64,000 nucleotides of DNA. Origin: Kondoa subrosea. Taxonomy: Eukaryota. Under the pieces are notes generated by a model, which made no database searches, had not been told where the DNA came from, and saw only the letters and a program-made list of their open reading frames with translations. Position numbers and translations under genes: made by a program. The stretch is from assembly GCA_039545335.1 (NCBI GenBank), contig BCIN01000007.1:1-64000 (forward strand), given 5' to 3'. Positions 1 to 11,900 of this stretch are shown piece by piece (the first letter of the stretch is position 1; each line of letters begins with the position of its first letter).

Positions 1-94
1 AGAAGTGAGCAAAAGTCAAGAGTAGGCTAACATTATCTCTAATGTCGCCTATGTTTACTAATCTATTGCTACAGTCTCATTCCAGTATGCCACA
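1..94. repeat. End of an LTR-like repeat (family B), copy 1, running off the window edge
   Basis: Matches 2561-2654 with 4 mismatches in 94 nt. Both copies end in ...GCCACA and similarity is lost within a few bases. Confidence 0.8.
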
Positions 95-1059
95 TTGCCT
101 TTCATTTCAGTACTAAGACTTTGCGACAAGAAGCTGAAACGTCCCTCTTGCTCTTGAGACTCGGCAATGTTTGCTTGAATGCCAGGTTGCGGATTGTGAG
201 CACCAGAATCTTGCTTAGATTCATTGATTCGAGGTTTTCGATCGTTGGGGTATTTCTTGAAGCATCGAAATCTGCCTTCTCCATCACCATCCAACAAATG
301 ACCGTTTCGTCCACAACCAGTGCATTTCATTCGAGCTTTGACATGACCACCTGAAATACCTCCTCTTGCAGCCAACATTGCAACTTTTTCATCTTTCATG
401 CTTTCCCTGATCTCAAACTCTGAGATCTTGGCTTCGACATCAGCCACGGATAGAGAGGTCAAGGTATTGATCATTATCTCGGAGATGATAGCACACGATG
501 ATGGAAGGTTGAAGATCAAGAGATACTTGTGGATAACTGCTGGAATGGGAATATCGACTTCTTCACAATGTCGTTTGGCATCTTGAACAGCAGTAACGAA
601 ATCTTTGAGAGAATTGTGTTGATCTGGTCTACAATTGAAGAGTGACGAGAGGCGCTGAAAAGGGATTGCTCCTCCTTTGGGGTCAAATTGTTCTTGTAGA
701 ATTGACCATGCTTCTGATGCCAAAGTACAANGCTCAATACGCGGACGAATGGAAGAAGTGACGTTGAGACGTAATTGAGCTAAAGCATCTGAGTTCTTGT
801 AGTTGAAAGATTGAGGATCTTGGGTGTTGGACAAAGTTTCTGAGCCATCCAAGATATTGAATAGGCGTTGATGAACCATGATGTCTCCTATCATAGATTT
901 GAAATTCCTCCAGTTGCCATCTTTGAGCTTTTGATCTTCTGAGAAGATGATCAATTTTGGCTGTTGATAAGTTTGCAAAGTCATCCTTGTTTGAGTCCCT
1001 TGAACGTTTGAGGGTGTAGCAATGATCTTTGATTCTTCCTTTGACTCGTCTCCTGCCAT
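58..1059 (-). mobile_element. Ty1/copia-type retrotransposon gag ORF, truncated at its 3' end by a second repeat
   Basis: 333-aa intronless ORF with copia gag-like segments (KLKDGNWRNFK, ALAQLRLNV, ASEAWSILQEQF) and a CxxC-x4-H knuckle. It is preceded by a copia-type PBS. The last codons (VAYWNETVAID) come from the 1-94 repeat. Confidence 0.85.
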
Positions 1060-1257
1060 TCGACTGACTTGAAGTTGATTGGAATTTAAAGGAGTTGAAT
1101 TGAGATTCTGCTAACTACTGACTCAAGAGAATCTGCAAAAGAGGATCTGACAGTGAAATGAGAGTGTGAAGTGACTGAAGGTGACTGGAGAAGGATAGAA
1201 TAAAGGTTCTTTGCGCAGGTGAAGATTGTTGGAGTGTTCAATCTTCGAGCTCTTCAA

Positions 1258-1268
1258 GGCTCATAACC
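1258..1268 (-). promoter_or_regulatory. Primer-binding site complementary to the anticodon arm of initiator tRNA-Met (half-tRNA priming type)
   Basis: Minus strand reads ...GTTACA gaa GGTTATGAGCC, which is complementary to GGCUCAUAACC of tRNAiMet, 3 nt after a CA LTR end. Confidence 0.8.
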
Positions 1269-1271
1269 TTC

Positions 1272-1509
1272 TGTAACTGCAATCCTTCTCAATATATAGT
1301 TCAGTTATGTCTGTATTATGTACACTTACCTGCAATCCTTCTCAATATATAGTTCAGTGAAGAGAAAGGATTGCAGAATTCCGGATCTCCATCTCTTGAT
1401 TAGTAATATGAGACTCTTGTGACTTTTGGATTGAGTCGACCCTCTACACCTTATACGTCCAACTCTTCTTCATCTACTTCGCTCTCCTCATGCTCTAGAA
1501 GTCTCATCA
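1272..1509 (-). mobile_element. Probable 5' LTR of the copia element (right boundary uncertain)
   Basis: The CA end at 1272 abuts the PBS. It contains a 29-bp direct repeat (1277-1305/1330-1358). The distal end is only guessed from a TG at 1509. Confidence 0.45.
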
Positions 1510-1794
1510 TGGCAAAAGAAAGCAGCTACTGTAGATGGAATCAATTGAAGTAAAGTAGAACGGGGGATATCTCGCTGTACGTAGAGTAATGAGTTGATTG
1601 AACCAATGCTAGAAGTCTGTTCAAAAGCTTTTCTTGGTAAATCGAGTCGAGGTTTGAAAAGAAAGGGCTTGACAACTTTTTCCGATTCAAATCGAGTCGA
1701 CCGATATTTTCATCAGGTGTCACTTGACCTTGAACCATCATGACTTTCTCTTTCGATCAGACTTAACGTTTTTATACCCTCTGCTTATTGAGGA

Positions 1795-2654
1795 TGTGAA
1801 CATACCCGCCGCTGGTGAATAGACAGCAGGAATACGAATGAGAAAGAAGCAGAGAAATCCAGCTCCAGGCAAAGGCGCTCAATGAGCTATAGCTATATGG
1901 ATTGATTGTTGCTACTTTGGAAACGTTCGGATTATGGCTACTNCACCTGNTCGCGTTGGANANTNATGCCGTTCACTCGCTCANATACTCAATCTCAATG
2001 TCACTTGNTCCCNTTGCTTCTATTACTTTATTCTGCTTGCTTGAGTGTCATGTGTATCTTCAAGTGCGTTATACTGCTTCACACACATAGTACTCAGCTG
2101 ATTGCAACGCTCAGATTGANAGCTCTCCAGTACGGGCTTCACTTACTGACAGGTTGTAAGGCACTGATGCTGAACGCTGTGAACAGGCTTGGACGTAATG
2201 ATCGTGTTGCACGGATGCTACTTCGATAGACTAAAGAAATGGAGTATGATCAGTGAGAAAGAGTTGGGGAAAAGAAGGTGGTTTGAAAGCGGTTTGATTG
2301 AAGAGAAGCTTACCTCCAAGCATGCCTTGAAGCCCTTGTGAGCTATACGCGCACATCGCTATCTTGCTTCATTACTGATCAGTCACTGTCGATGTGGCAG
2401 AGCATATCTATGGATGGACAATACTTTGCTTATCCCCTGCTAGTAAGTCACAGTCACATAAGAGGGCACTCTCGAGAGCCTTTGAGACGAAATCTGAACA
2501 ATGGATTGTAGGACATACACCTATGTCTGCAGTCATGTGGAAATAATCGTATTAGGATTGAGAAGTGAGCAAAAGTCAAGAGTAGGCTAACATTATCTCT
2601 AATGTCGTCTATGCTTACTAATCTATTGCTACAGTCTCATTCTAGTACGCCACA
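1795..2654. mobile_element. LTR-like repeat (family B), copy 2 (left boundary uncertain)
   Basis: Right end is shared with 1-94. A TGTG...CACA terminal match results if it starts at 1795. It has no long ORF, and the N bases clustered at 1942-2120 suggest a multi-copy or polymorphic sequence. Confidence 0.55.
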
Positions 2655-3179
2655 CTGGCAGCATTATCGTCATTTTCATTTTCAGAGGGATCTTGTTCTA
2701 TATCAGAGCTATCCATAGAGCTGAAGCAAGGCTGATGGAGTGGTACGCTGCGCATCTGTACGCCTACTGCGGTCAATGAGGGCAAGAGGGAAAAACTACA
2801 AATTGCTGTCAGGTTACGTAAGAACTGTAGAGACATAACGCAATTGCGTTGGATTTCAACGGGTTTGCGTGTCTCCGGCTACTCAACTGCAATAGCCGAA
2901 ACACTCAACTGCGTATCTCTTAGATGCATAATCCTTGGTGAGAAAGGCCGCTGATATTGTTTGGCGCGATTTAGCGCAATTTCGGCGTGTAATAGCCTGT
3001 CGTATCTGACACGTTGATTTAGCGCGAGTTCAGCCGTTGGGCGCGACCTGCGACTACCGGGTTTGACCGCCAAATTTCCTTTGCGCTCCTCACCAACCCA
3101 TCAAAACGTACATTTTGCTTGTGTAATGCTGATGCTGAATATTATGATGGTGTGTATACCCAAAATGCTTATGTACGGT

Positions 3180-4324
3180 ACTTGTCAAAAGAAAGAAAAA
3201 ACACCCAAAAGAGCTGAGGCGTTCTTAGGCACGGACGAGATGGTGCGAAGCAAATACTCACTAGGAGGTCTGGTATGGCTCGACACGTAAACCATGTGAC
3301 AGATATCATCGTCTGGATGCACTCACAGCCCGTCCATCGGTGGAGGGAGGATTAGCCGAATGTTGAGGTTCTGGCTGCGAATCGATCACCGAAATCCGAA
3401 ATTTGCTGGGCTTGAGGCCATTATGCGCGAGTCTTGTACATAGGTATTGAGAGAGAGAATTCCTGTGCCTGGCAAAGCTCACATGTATAGAAAACCCTTT
3501 GGCCTATACCGATGTGCTTGAGGGCCAAGGCCGATTACGTAATTCGATCTACAGTATGGTGTCAATACAATGACAAATAAAAGCCAGGATTGGACCAACA
3601 GGATACACAGAATGATGCATAGATACTAGCCGCATATGAATTGGCAGCCTCCGTTTCGACGAGAAGCATTGAGACCGCGGCACATGAGGATCAGATGGCT
3701 GTATTTTTTCGACAATTCTTCGGCTGCGTTCCTCCACGAGAGTAAGGTCGGCTTGCGTCTCGCAGAGAGGTTCTTCAGCCAAAGAGCGGTAGCGTCCATA
3801 CTCGTCATCGGCTTCGAATCTGTCCGTATCGGGATTGTAATCCAGCTCGGCATTCGCGCAAGGCCGGGCGCGGGGTGAACACACTTGCCAAAGAGGCAAG
3901 TCTCCTCGAGGAAGAGGTGGCGGCTTGGGCGGCAATTTTCCCCTTCTAAGCGTCTGCTTGTTGGACGGCTTTGATGTCGTTTTGGCCCGTGAAAGAACCT
4001 AAACGAGACTGAGCTGGGCTCACTAAATGCTATGTTGTATACTAACAGATGAAGACGCAGGTATAGGCTCTCTCTCGTCGATGACCTGAGCTTAAAGCAG
4101 TCAGTATAGGCTAGGTATCGTAGGGATTTGGACAATTTACAGAAGGACTCGAAAGATGAGAACCACTGCTAAAGGTAGAGGATGTGAAGTTGGACTTCTG
4201 AGAGAAGGAAAGCAAGAGCATAATTAAGTAATAGGAATGGATAAGTAAGATGAAAAAACAAACGCCATCTTCTGGTTCAGCCTCGTCTAAATCATACTCT
4301 ACGACTATTTTGCTCTCGCTCATA
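3180..4324 (-). CDS. Hypothetical multi-exon protein; ends approximate
   Basis: ATG at 4324 (MSESKIVVEYDLDEAEPEDG), several GT..AG segments and an open exon at 3626-3990. No recognisable domain. Confidence 0.35.
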
Positions 4325-4560
4325 GTATTTACAGACGTAGATAGGAGCGTCTTGCACAGCATAGAAGCTCAAAATTGTAAGAATGGCATGTTGAATGGAA
4401 AATGGTGAAACAGGTCAACAATGGAATCGAAAGCAAGATCAAAACAAGGGGGACATAACATAAATATGTTAAGCACGCTCTGCCACAAATCATTTATCTT
4501 AGGTTTTGGAGCTCAATTCAACTAGTGGATTCTCCCTTAACAACGAGAAGAAGGGCAGGA

Positions 4561-6362
4561 ATGGTGCTCGCAAGAGACAACAAGGTAAGCAAGAGGCATT
4601 CTAGCCAGCTGCTATGCTGATCTCTCCGTTCCAAGGCTTTGAACGCGTGAGTCGCCAAGAATGATGTTGTGATGACCCTCAATCTGACCAACCCTTGTTG
4701 GGCCGACAGCAAGCATGCACAGTTGGTGACGCACATCTAGTCAATGTGCGGTCCATTGACAAACAGCCGGGCAGAATTCTGCGGGAGATGGTCAGATCAC
4801 CAGACAATAAGATTTGTGCAGAGTAAGCTTGAAGTCAGATAATCTGGCGCGGGCTCTGATACGCTCCTTCTCTAGCTGCAAGAAGAACGATGCTCGTTGG
4901 GCCAGTACCAATATTGTCAGTATAATTGCATTCAGCTGGAACAAAGCGCTGATGTTGCTTCTGCCTGCCGGACAGGGCTGCTTGTGAGTATTTGTATGCA
5001 TGAAGACTTCTGCAGTCTTATCCCTCATAGCATGTGCATACGATGTTCAGGTTGGCTTCTCAGAACTTGATTGCATGTTATTGACTCATGAATCTCTATG
5101 AACAGGCATTCACCGGTCACTAGGTGTACACAGTGAGGCTCAATGCTCACTACCACCGCATAGCTAAAGTCGTTTTCGCTCTAGTTACCAGAAGTACGTC
5201 AACTGACACTCACGCGGTTGACCTGCTCAAACATAATTCTCAATAGTCAAATCAGTCGATCTCGATACATGGCTACCAGAGCAGATTGAGGTACATGACA
5301 ATGATCTTGTCTCAGGTACTGGCTCATTCCTTATCTGTATGGCAGAATGTCCAACGATGGGGAAACAAAAGAGCAAATTTGTATTGGGAAGCTCATCTCA
5401 AGCCTGGTCACATTCCTCCTGATCAGTGTGTTCCATCGCTTCATCTTGCACATCGGACTCTGATCCGCTTCGTAGTAAAATGGAATCGTTCATTCGCTCA
5501 AAATACGAAAGCAAACGATGGGCTATGGAAGGTCCTATACCAGATCCGGAATCATTAGATGCTTCCGGAGAGGTATGGTCCCTGATGCTTCAATCCTTCC
5601 TTCGTTGATTGATTTCGCTAGACCGAACCTGAATCAGCTAGATCTACACAACCAACTGTGTCGCAGAATATAAGAACGCCGGTCGTCAAAGCGGCTGTAG
5701 CTACGGATCTGTTGGCAGACCTGAACTCTTCTGCCGCTGCACCTGTAGCAGCATCAGTACCCAAAGCTTCGCCTGCTGTACCTAGTCTCACTTCTACAGC
5801 AACTTCTAGCAATGAACTCTTTGATCTTGTAACGCCGCCAGCAGCAGCTCCGTCCACTGGTCAGCAATCTAAGCAATCAACGCAATCTTCCGGCTCTTCG
5901 AAAGCAGATATTCTGGCCTTATTTTCCATTCCAGCTCCAGTACCGGCGCCAAGACCTCAATCTCAAAGCTTTGTCAATGATTCCACAGGACCCGCGACGC
6001 AACATCAGTCGAGACAATCAATTTCTCAATCGCAGAATCAGTTCCAACAGAATCCGATAGCAGATATCGGTAATAGTTTTGCTGGCATGAAGTTGGAACA
6101 GGGTCAAGGACATTCAGCGCAAGGATCGGATCCATGGGGAGCCTTCGGTCAAGAATCCTATGCAATATCTTCCCAGCCAACCTACTCACATAATCAGCAA
6201 TCAAACCAACAGCAAGGTTTCTCATCGTTCGGTACGAGTACCACTACCGCCTCAAACCCTTCCTCTGCCTTCTCAGATCTGTTCAGCTCACAAGATGTAT
6301 GGAGTTCAAGTAAATCTAAGCAGTCTCGGGGAAGCGACGACATTTGGGGCGACTTCAAGTAG
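4561..6362 (+). CDS. ARF GTPase-activating protein (Age2/SMAP-like), many small exons
   Basis: Spliced translation MVLARDNKALNAKHAQILREMVRSPDNKICADCKKNDARWASTNIGCFMCIRCSGIHRSLGVHITRIKSVDLDTWLPEQIE...WGNKRANLYWE...FIRSKYESKRW contains the ArfGAP C4 zinc finger and the catalytic Arg. Low-complexity tail ends DDIWGDFK. Confidence 0.93.
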
Positions 6363-6478
6363 ATCGCAGAGCTTGCTTGTATACACACACGTGCTTCTAG
6401 CTATTTACGGATCTACATACATCTTGCATTAATTAAAGTTCATAATCCTTACACTGTCTGCGGCGCCACTCTAAATGC

Positions 6479-8435
6479 CTAGTAGCCATAGCCTTGAAAT
6501 TGCTGAGCCATCATTGGACGACCAGGTTGCTGGAATTGCATCGTAGGATTCGGCCTCTGCATCATTTGAGGTGGATATTGTTGAGGCATCATCGGCTGCC
6601 GCATAGGCGGACCTCGCATCATTTGTTGCTCTATTATGATGTTAGAATCAGTGACGATCAGCTCAGCAAGGCTAAGCGTACGCTGAGGGAAAGTCGGTCG
6701 CCCTTGAGGCATCATCTCTAATGTAGAATAAGACAAGACTTCTTTCGACGAAGAATTAGCGAGCTCACGTATGGGTCTGGGCATGGGTCGCTGCAGCGCC
6801 AGTTGCTGTTGCTGAGTAGGTTGTCTTGACATAAAGGCATAAGGATGGACCAAAGTAATCATCAATCAAACCAGAACTGACCTGAAAGGCATTTGCATAG
6901 GAACTTGCTGAGGCGAAATTGGATTATCGTAGTAACCGGATTGTTCCATTCTAGTGACACGTTCACTTTGAAGTAGTCGCGTTTGGCAGACTGCACTTAC
7001 TGAGCCATTTCTTCTTGTTTTTGTCGTTTGCGCGCCGCTTTCATTCTTCTGCGCTCTTCCAGTTCTATCAGTTCTCTTTCACGCTCTTCCAGCTCCTTGG
7101 CCATTTCAATCTCCCGTTCTCTCAGCATCTGTTGTTCTTCTTCCAATTCCCGCCGCCTTTCTTGTTCTTCCTTGCGTTTGCGTCTTTCTTCCTTCAGTCT
7201 TGCAGTCAACTCTTCTTGTTCTTGTTGCATTTCGATCTCCGCTTGCTGCAACCTCTCGAAATTCTCGCGATCGATCTCATCGCGCTCAAAGTCCTCTTGA
7301 ACTCTTCGATCTCGTTCTTTCAAGCGCTTCAATCGGAGCTTCTCCTCTTTATCTCGAAGCATACGTTCTCGATCAGCTAACTCTTCTTCTTTCTTCTGTC
7401 GCTTGATTTCGCGCTGCCGTTCTCTGCGTTCCGAAATTTCTGCCTTCTTGCGAGCGAACATGCCACTGGCAGTAGAAAATCGCTTGTTTAGTAATTGCTG
7501 TTCTACCTTAGGTGTAAGAGGTGTTTTAGGCATGCGTGGTGAGGGTTGAGGGCCTTCTCGAGCTTGAAGAGGAGGTCCAAAAGGATTGCCAGCCGAAGCA
7601 GAGCGAGGACTGAGCTCTTCGTTTCTGCGACGAAGAGTCGGACCAGAAGAACTTGGTGTTTCAGGAGGGAAATCCTCCTCTCCTTGGGGCAAAGCAGCCA
7701 GGGAGCGGCCAGGAGCGGCCGATCTTTCTAATCCGGTTCGTGAGATAGGAAAACGTTGAGGACTCCGTCCACCAAAGCCAGTCTGAGGAGTTCTAGCAGA
7801 ACTTGACAGAAAGGGTGACGGGGTAGCTCGGGCGGATTGAGAAGACATCGGAGGTTTGCGACCAGAGCTGCGTGTCATGCCAATTTCATCTCTGTTGTCG
7901 CCTGCAAGCTCTCTTGCTCTTTGTAACGCTTGCTGACGAGCGAAATCCCTTCTCAACTGTTCAGTCTGATGTTTCTCTTGATTTTCTTGCCTTCTTCTCG
8001 AAGCTTTCATTTCTCTTGAAGCCAATTTCTTTGCTTGCTTCACTCGCCAAGCCTCTTCATCGTCAGGTCGAGGCATACAGCTGTATGGAAGCAAGCAGCA
8101 GCCAGCCAGAAACCAAAGACAAGTTTTGGACCTATCTCTGCGCTGTGAAAAATTACTTACGAAGACGCTAGCAGAGAGCTCACGAATGGATCCTTAGTTC
8201 TGAGACACAGCAACGCAAACAGGTGAGAGTGAATGCGTACAGGATGACCAAGAAGACAACGCCGAGTCTTTTGGATCAAGCAACTCATTAGAGCCCTACC
8301 CGACACGATGACTAGGCTTACATACCCTATGACAAGAGGTAGGTGAGAACTGGCGAATGAGATAAGTGTGGGTACTTTGGCAGCTGAAAAAATTGTATCG
8401 GCAGTCCCTGCAATACCGTCGCTGGATGCAGCCAT
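6479..8435 (-). CDS. Hypothetical protein: N-terminal hydrophobic segment, long E/R/K coiled coil, Q/P/M-rich tail
   Basis: 365-aa central exon (6997-8094) with charged coiled-coil composition. Short upstream exons encode a hydrophobic stretch (LPLVIG/LGVVFLVIL). Start is uncertain. Confidence 0.6.
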
Positions 8436-8916
8436 TTGTAAAGATGCCTTGTTCTGTTCTTTTGTAGCGATGTCATGACCGAGCTCTTGGTCAGAGTCCG
8501 ACTGTAGACTGTTCCGATGTAGACATGGCTGTCGTACGGACAGCTTGAAGCGACCGGAAGACGAGAATTACAAAGCAAGAACAAAGGATAAAAAGAATGT
8601 TGAGAGCTGTAGCTCTCTGCGCTAGAGCGAAAGCAAGCACGACAGACTAGATCTGCTGAAGTAATAGGTACTGCATAGTAAACAGCGACGGAGTAAATTA
8701 GAACGCGTTCCAATACCAATGAGAAGCTTCAGATGCGAGCTTTGCAAATCACTGTCTATTCTGGTCCGCAACGCTGCTTGTTATCAAGATTGCTTGGTCC
8801 CAAGGCAGGCAGGAAGATTCGCCAGGCGGCCTTCAGAGGGCAAGAAGATTTTTACAAAATTTGAAATTGGGTCACTCTCCAACGGTCTTCTCTAGATACC
8901 ACAGTTCCGCACAATA

Positions 8917-11900
8917 ATGTCGGGACAAGATCAATATGTGCAGCATCTGCATGCTACTGTCAGTTGAACGCGCGAAGGGACAGATAGATGTCAAGGGCTG
9001 AAATTTTGCATGACTTTAGCTGGCACATGCAGCAGGCTTGGGCAATCAGGCTACAATCTCTCAAGATGTAAAGGCTGCTACCGTCGAGTTAGACAACATT
9101 TTCAAATCTCCAACAATGGCTGTACCAGCTTTGGCTCAGATTTCTTTGACTGTCGAGCAACCTCAAATCAGGCAACTTGCTGCTGTAGAGCTCCGCAAGG
9201 TACGAGTAGTGTCCCAACAGGAGCTACTGTGGGTTCTCATCATATGGTGCGAATAGCTGGTGAACCGCGTTAAAGCAAAAGTATGGGCAAAGTGTCCTCA
9301 GGCTTTAAGAAGCCAGATCAAGAGCCAATTCTTGGAAAGATTAGCATCTGGACAAGAACCTAACAAGCTCGTTATTCATTCCATTGCTCGCTGTGTCGCA
9401 GCTATTGGCAAGATCGAAAATGCAAAAGGGTAAGATAATACTCGACAGCGCCGCATTGCTGTGCTCAATATTCATCAGTCAATGGCCTGAACTCCTGCCG
9501 TGGCTTTGGCAATCATGCTCGAGCTCAACTGTTGGGCAACGAGAAGTCAGCTAACTTATGACTACATTGTGAATTATGCTCATTGCCTCTAGGTCGGCAT
9601 GTACGCATTGTTCGCCTTGGTCGATACCTTTGTCGACAACGGCGGAGGAGCTTCTTTCTCTCACCATACACCTCAGCTCTTCTCGTTGCTCACTAAAGCT
9701 ATAGTCGATCCAGAGAGTTTGACTGTTCGGGTTTTCGCAGTCCGAATAGTTGGTAAAATGTCGGATTACATCTCTTTGGAAGACGAGAGCGATGTGGTGA
9801 GCAAGCTCTGTCCCTTTCTTTTGCGTGGTTGACGTTCTTTCTTTGGTCAGCGAACCCTTCAAGCGATCATCCCTGCCATTGTGCAGGTCTGCCAAGCTTG
9901 TCTGGCCGCTGACGATGAAGAATCGATCAAACACACTTTTGATGTCCTCGATACTCTCAGCTTGAGCGTAAGCTGCTAAAGCGCAAATATGCATATGATC
10001 TCAGCCATCGGTTGTACAGGATGCAGCATTCTTTGGTCCTCACTTCCTTCAACTGGTCAACTTTCTGCTGCAAGCTGGAGGCAACAAAGAGTATTCTGAC
10101 GAAGCGCGAATGGCTCCATTGAATGCTTTGCTCTTCTTAGTCAAATAGTAAGTCGCAAGAATTGTTCTTAGTCCAAAGCTAACACCGAACCTTTCACAGC
10201 AACAAGACCAAAATTCAGTCTCTACAGCTCGCGAAACCTTTGTTAGAAGGTCTTCTACCGATCGGAGCTCAGGAAGAACCAGAAGACCACGAGGAAGATG
10301 CACCTCCGAGAGTCTGTTCTCTCTTTCTTAAGTTTGCGTTCCATTGTTGATTCGTCATGCAGGTTGCTTTCCGCATCATCGATGCATTGGCAAACGGTCT
10401 TCCACCCGCACAAGTGATCAATCCTCTTATCCAGCTATGTCAAACTTACGCTTCTTCACCTGATGCCGGCATGCGCAAATCCGCAATCATGGCATTCGGT
10501 GTCACCTTCGAAGGCTGCTCAATCTACATTGTCTCGCACATCGATGCTCTTTGGCCATTTGTCGATCAATGTCTAGCGGATCCGGATACAACTGTTCGCA
10601 AAGCTGCTTGCATCACGCTTGGTTTCATGTGCGATATGATACCTGATGATTGCGGTAAACGACATGCAGTCCTTCTTCCATATATCTTTGAATTGGTCAA
10701 CCACGAAGCAACACGTCGCCATGCATTAAACGCTCTAGACAGCCTTCTTGAAGTTCTCGGCAAAGACATCATTCCTTACCTTCCGACTCTTATGGAACGT
10801 CTCACTCAGCTTCTGCCGAATGCTGAGATTCCTCTTCGCGGGTCGATTGTCGGCGCTATTGGATCTGCTGCACACGCTGCAAAAGCTGAATTCAAGCCCT
10901 ACTTTGCTGCAGCCATGAGTCTTCTTATCCCTCACCTGGCTCTGACTGAAGAAGGTGAACAATTGGAGCTCCGAGGCATCACTCAAGATACTGTCGGTAC
11001 ATTGGCCGAAGCAGTCGGCAAAGAAGAATTCTCTCCTTACTTCCAACAACTCATGCAACTTGCTTTCGAAGGCACTACCGTCGAAAGCTCAAACATGCGC
11101 GAATGCTCTTTCATTTTTTTCGCAGTCATGTCTCGAGTCTACAAGGAAGAATTCGCTCCTTTCCTGCCCACTATTCTGCCTATGCTTTTGGCCAGTTTAG
11201 GTCAGGATGAGACAGCCGGTAATGCCGCAGTCGCGGCTGAAGGTATATCATCTATCTTTTCCTAATTCCCTTGCTCATTTCGTTCGACAGCTGCCGGTTT
11301 TGGTTCAAAGGTTGAAGCCACATCTGCTACCGCTTCGAATGGCCTAGGCGACGATGATGACGAAGATGTTTTCGAAGATATGGACGAAGAAGATCTGGAA
11401 GATGCTTTGATGGGCATGAACACCGGGATTGCGACCGAGAAAGAGACAGCAGCCGATGCATTGGACGAGCTCTTTTCGAATACCGGTACCCATTTCCTTA
11501 CCTATCTAGAATCAGCTGTCAAGGCACTGAAGATGCTCTTGGTTGACTACAACGAATCTCTTCGCAAAGCCGGTTCTTCGGCTCTTCTCAGCTTTATCTC
11601 TACTGCCAACAAGCTTTCCGGGTCACCAAAGTGGAATGCTGGTTTGAATCCAGAACCGATCAATGCCGATGTCAAGGCTCTTAATGATTCAATCATTCCT
11701 GACATCATGGAGATGTGGGAAGAAGAAGATGATAGGTTAGCGATCATCTCCACCTTGTCTTTCCATCTCCTTTTTGCAGGATGAGCAACCTTACTACCCA
11801 GCTCACTACGACTGCTCTCGATTCAGAGACCGCAGTGTGAAATCACAGTATACTATCAGCGCTGATATTCTTTCGAAACACTCTTTAGTTCTGTTGTGAA

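Noticed and set aside
1812..2658. CTGG as a 4-bp target-site duplication defining a solo LTR at 1816-2654
   Set aside because: A 4-bp match is easily chance, and 1795 gives a better TGTG..CACA terminus. The boundary stays unresolved.
7015..7731. Several plus-strand ORFs of 60-120 aa, and similar antisense ORFs throughout the track
   Set aside because: They are antisense shadows of low-complexity coding exons.
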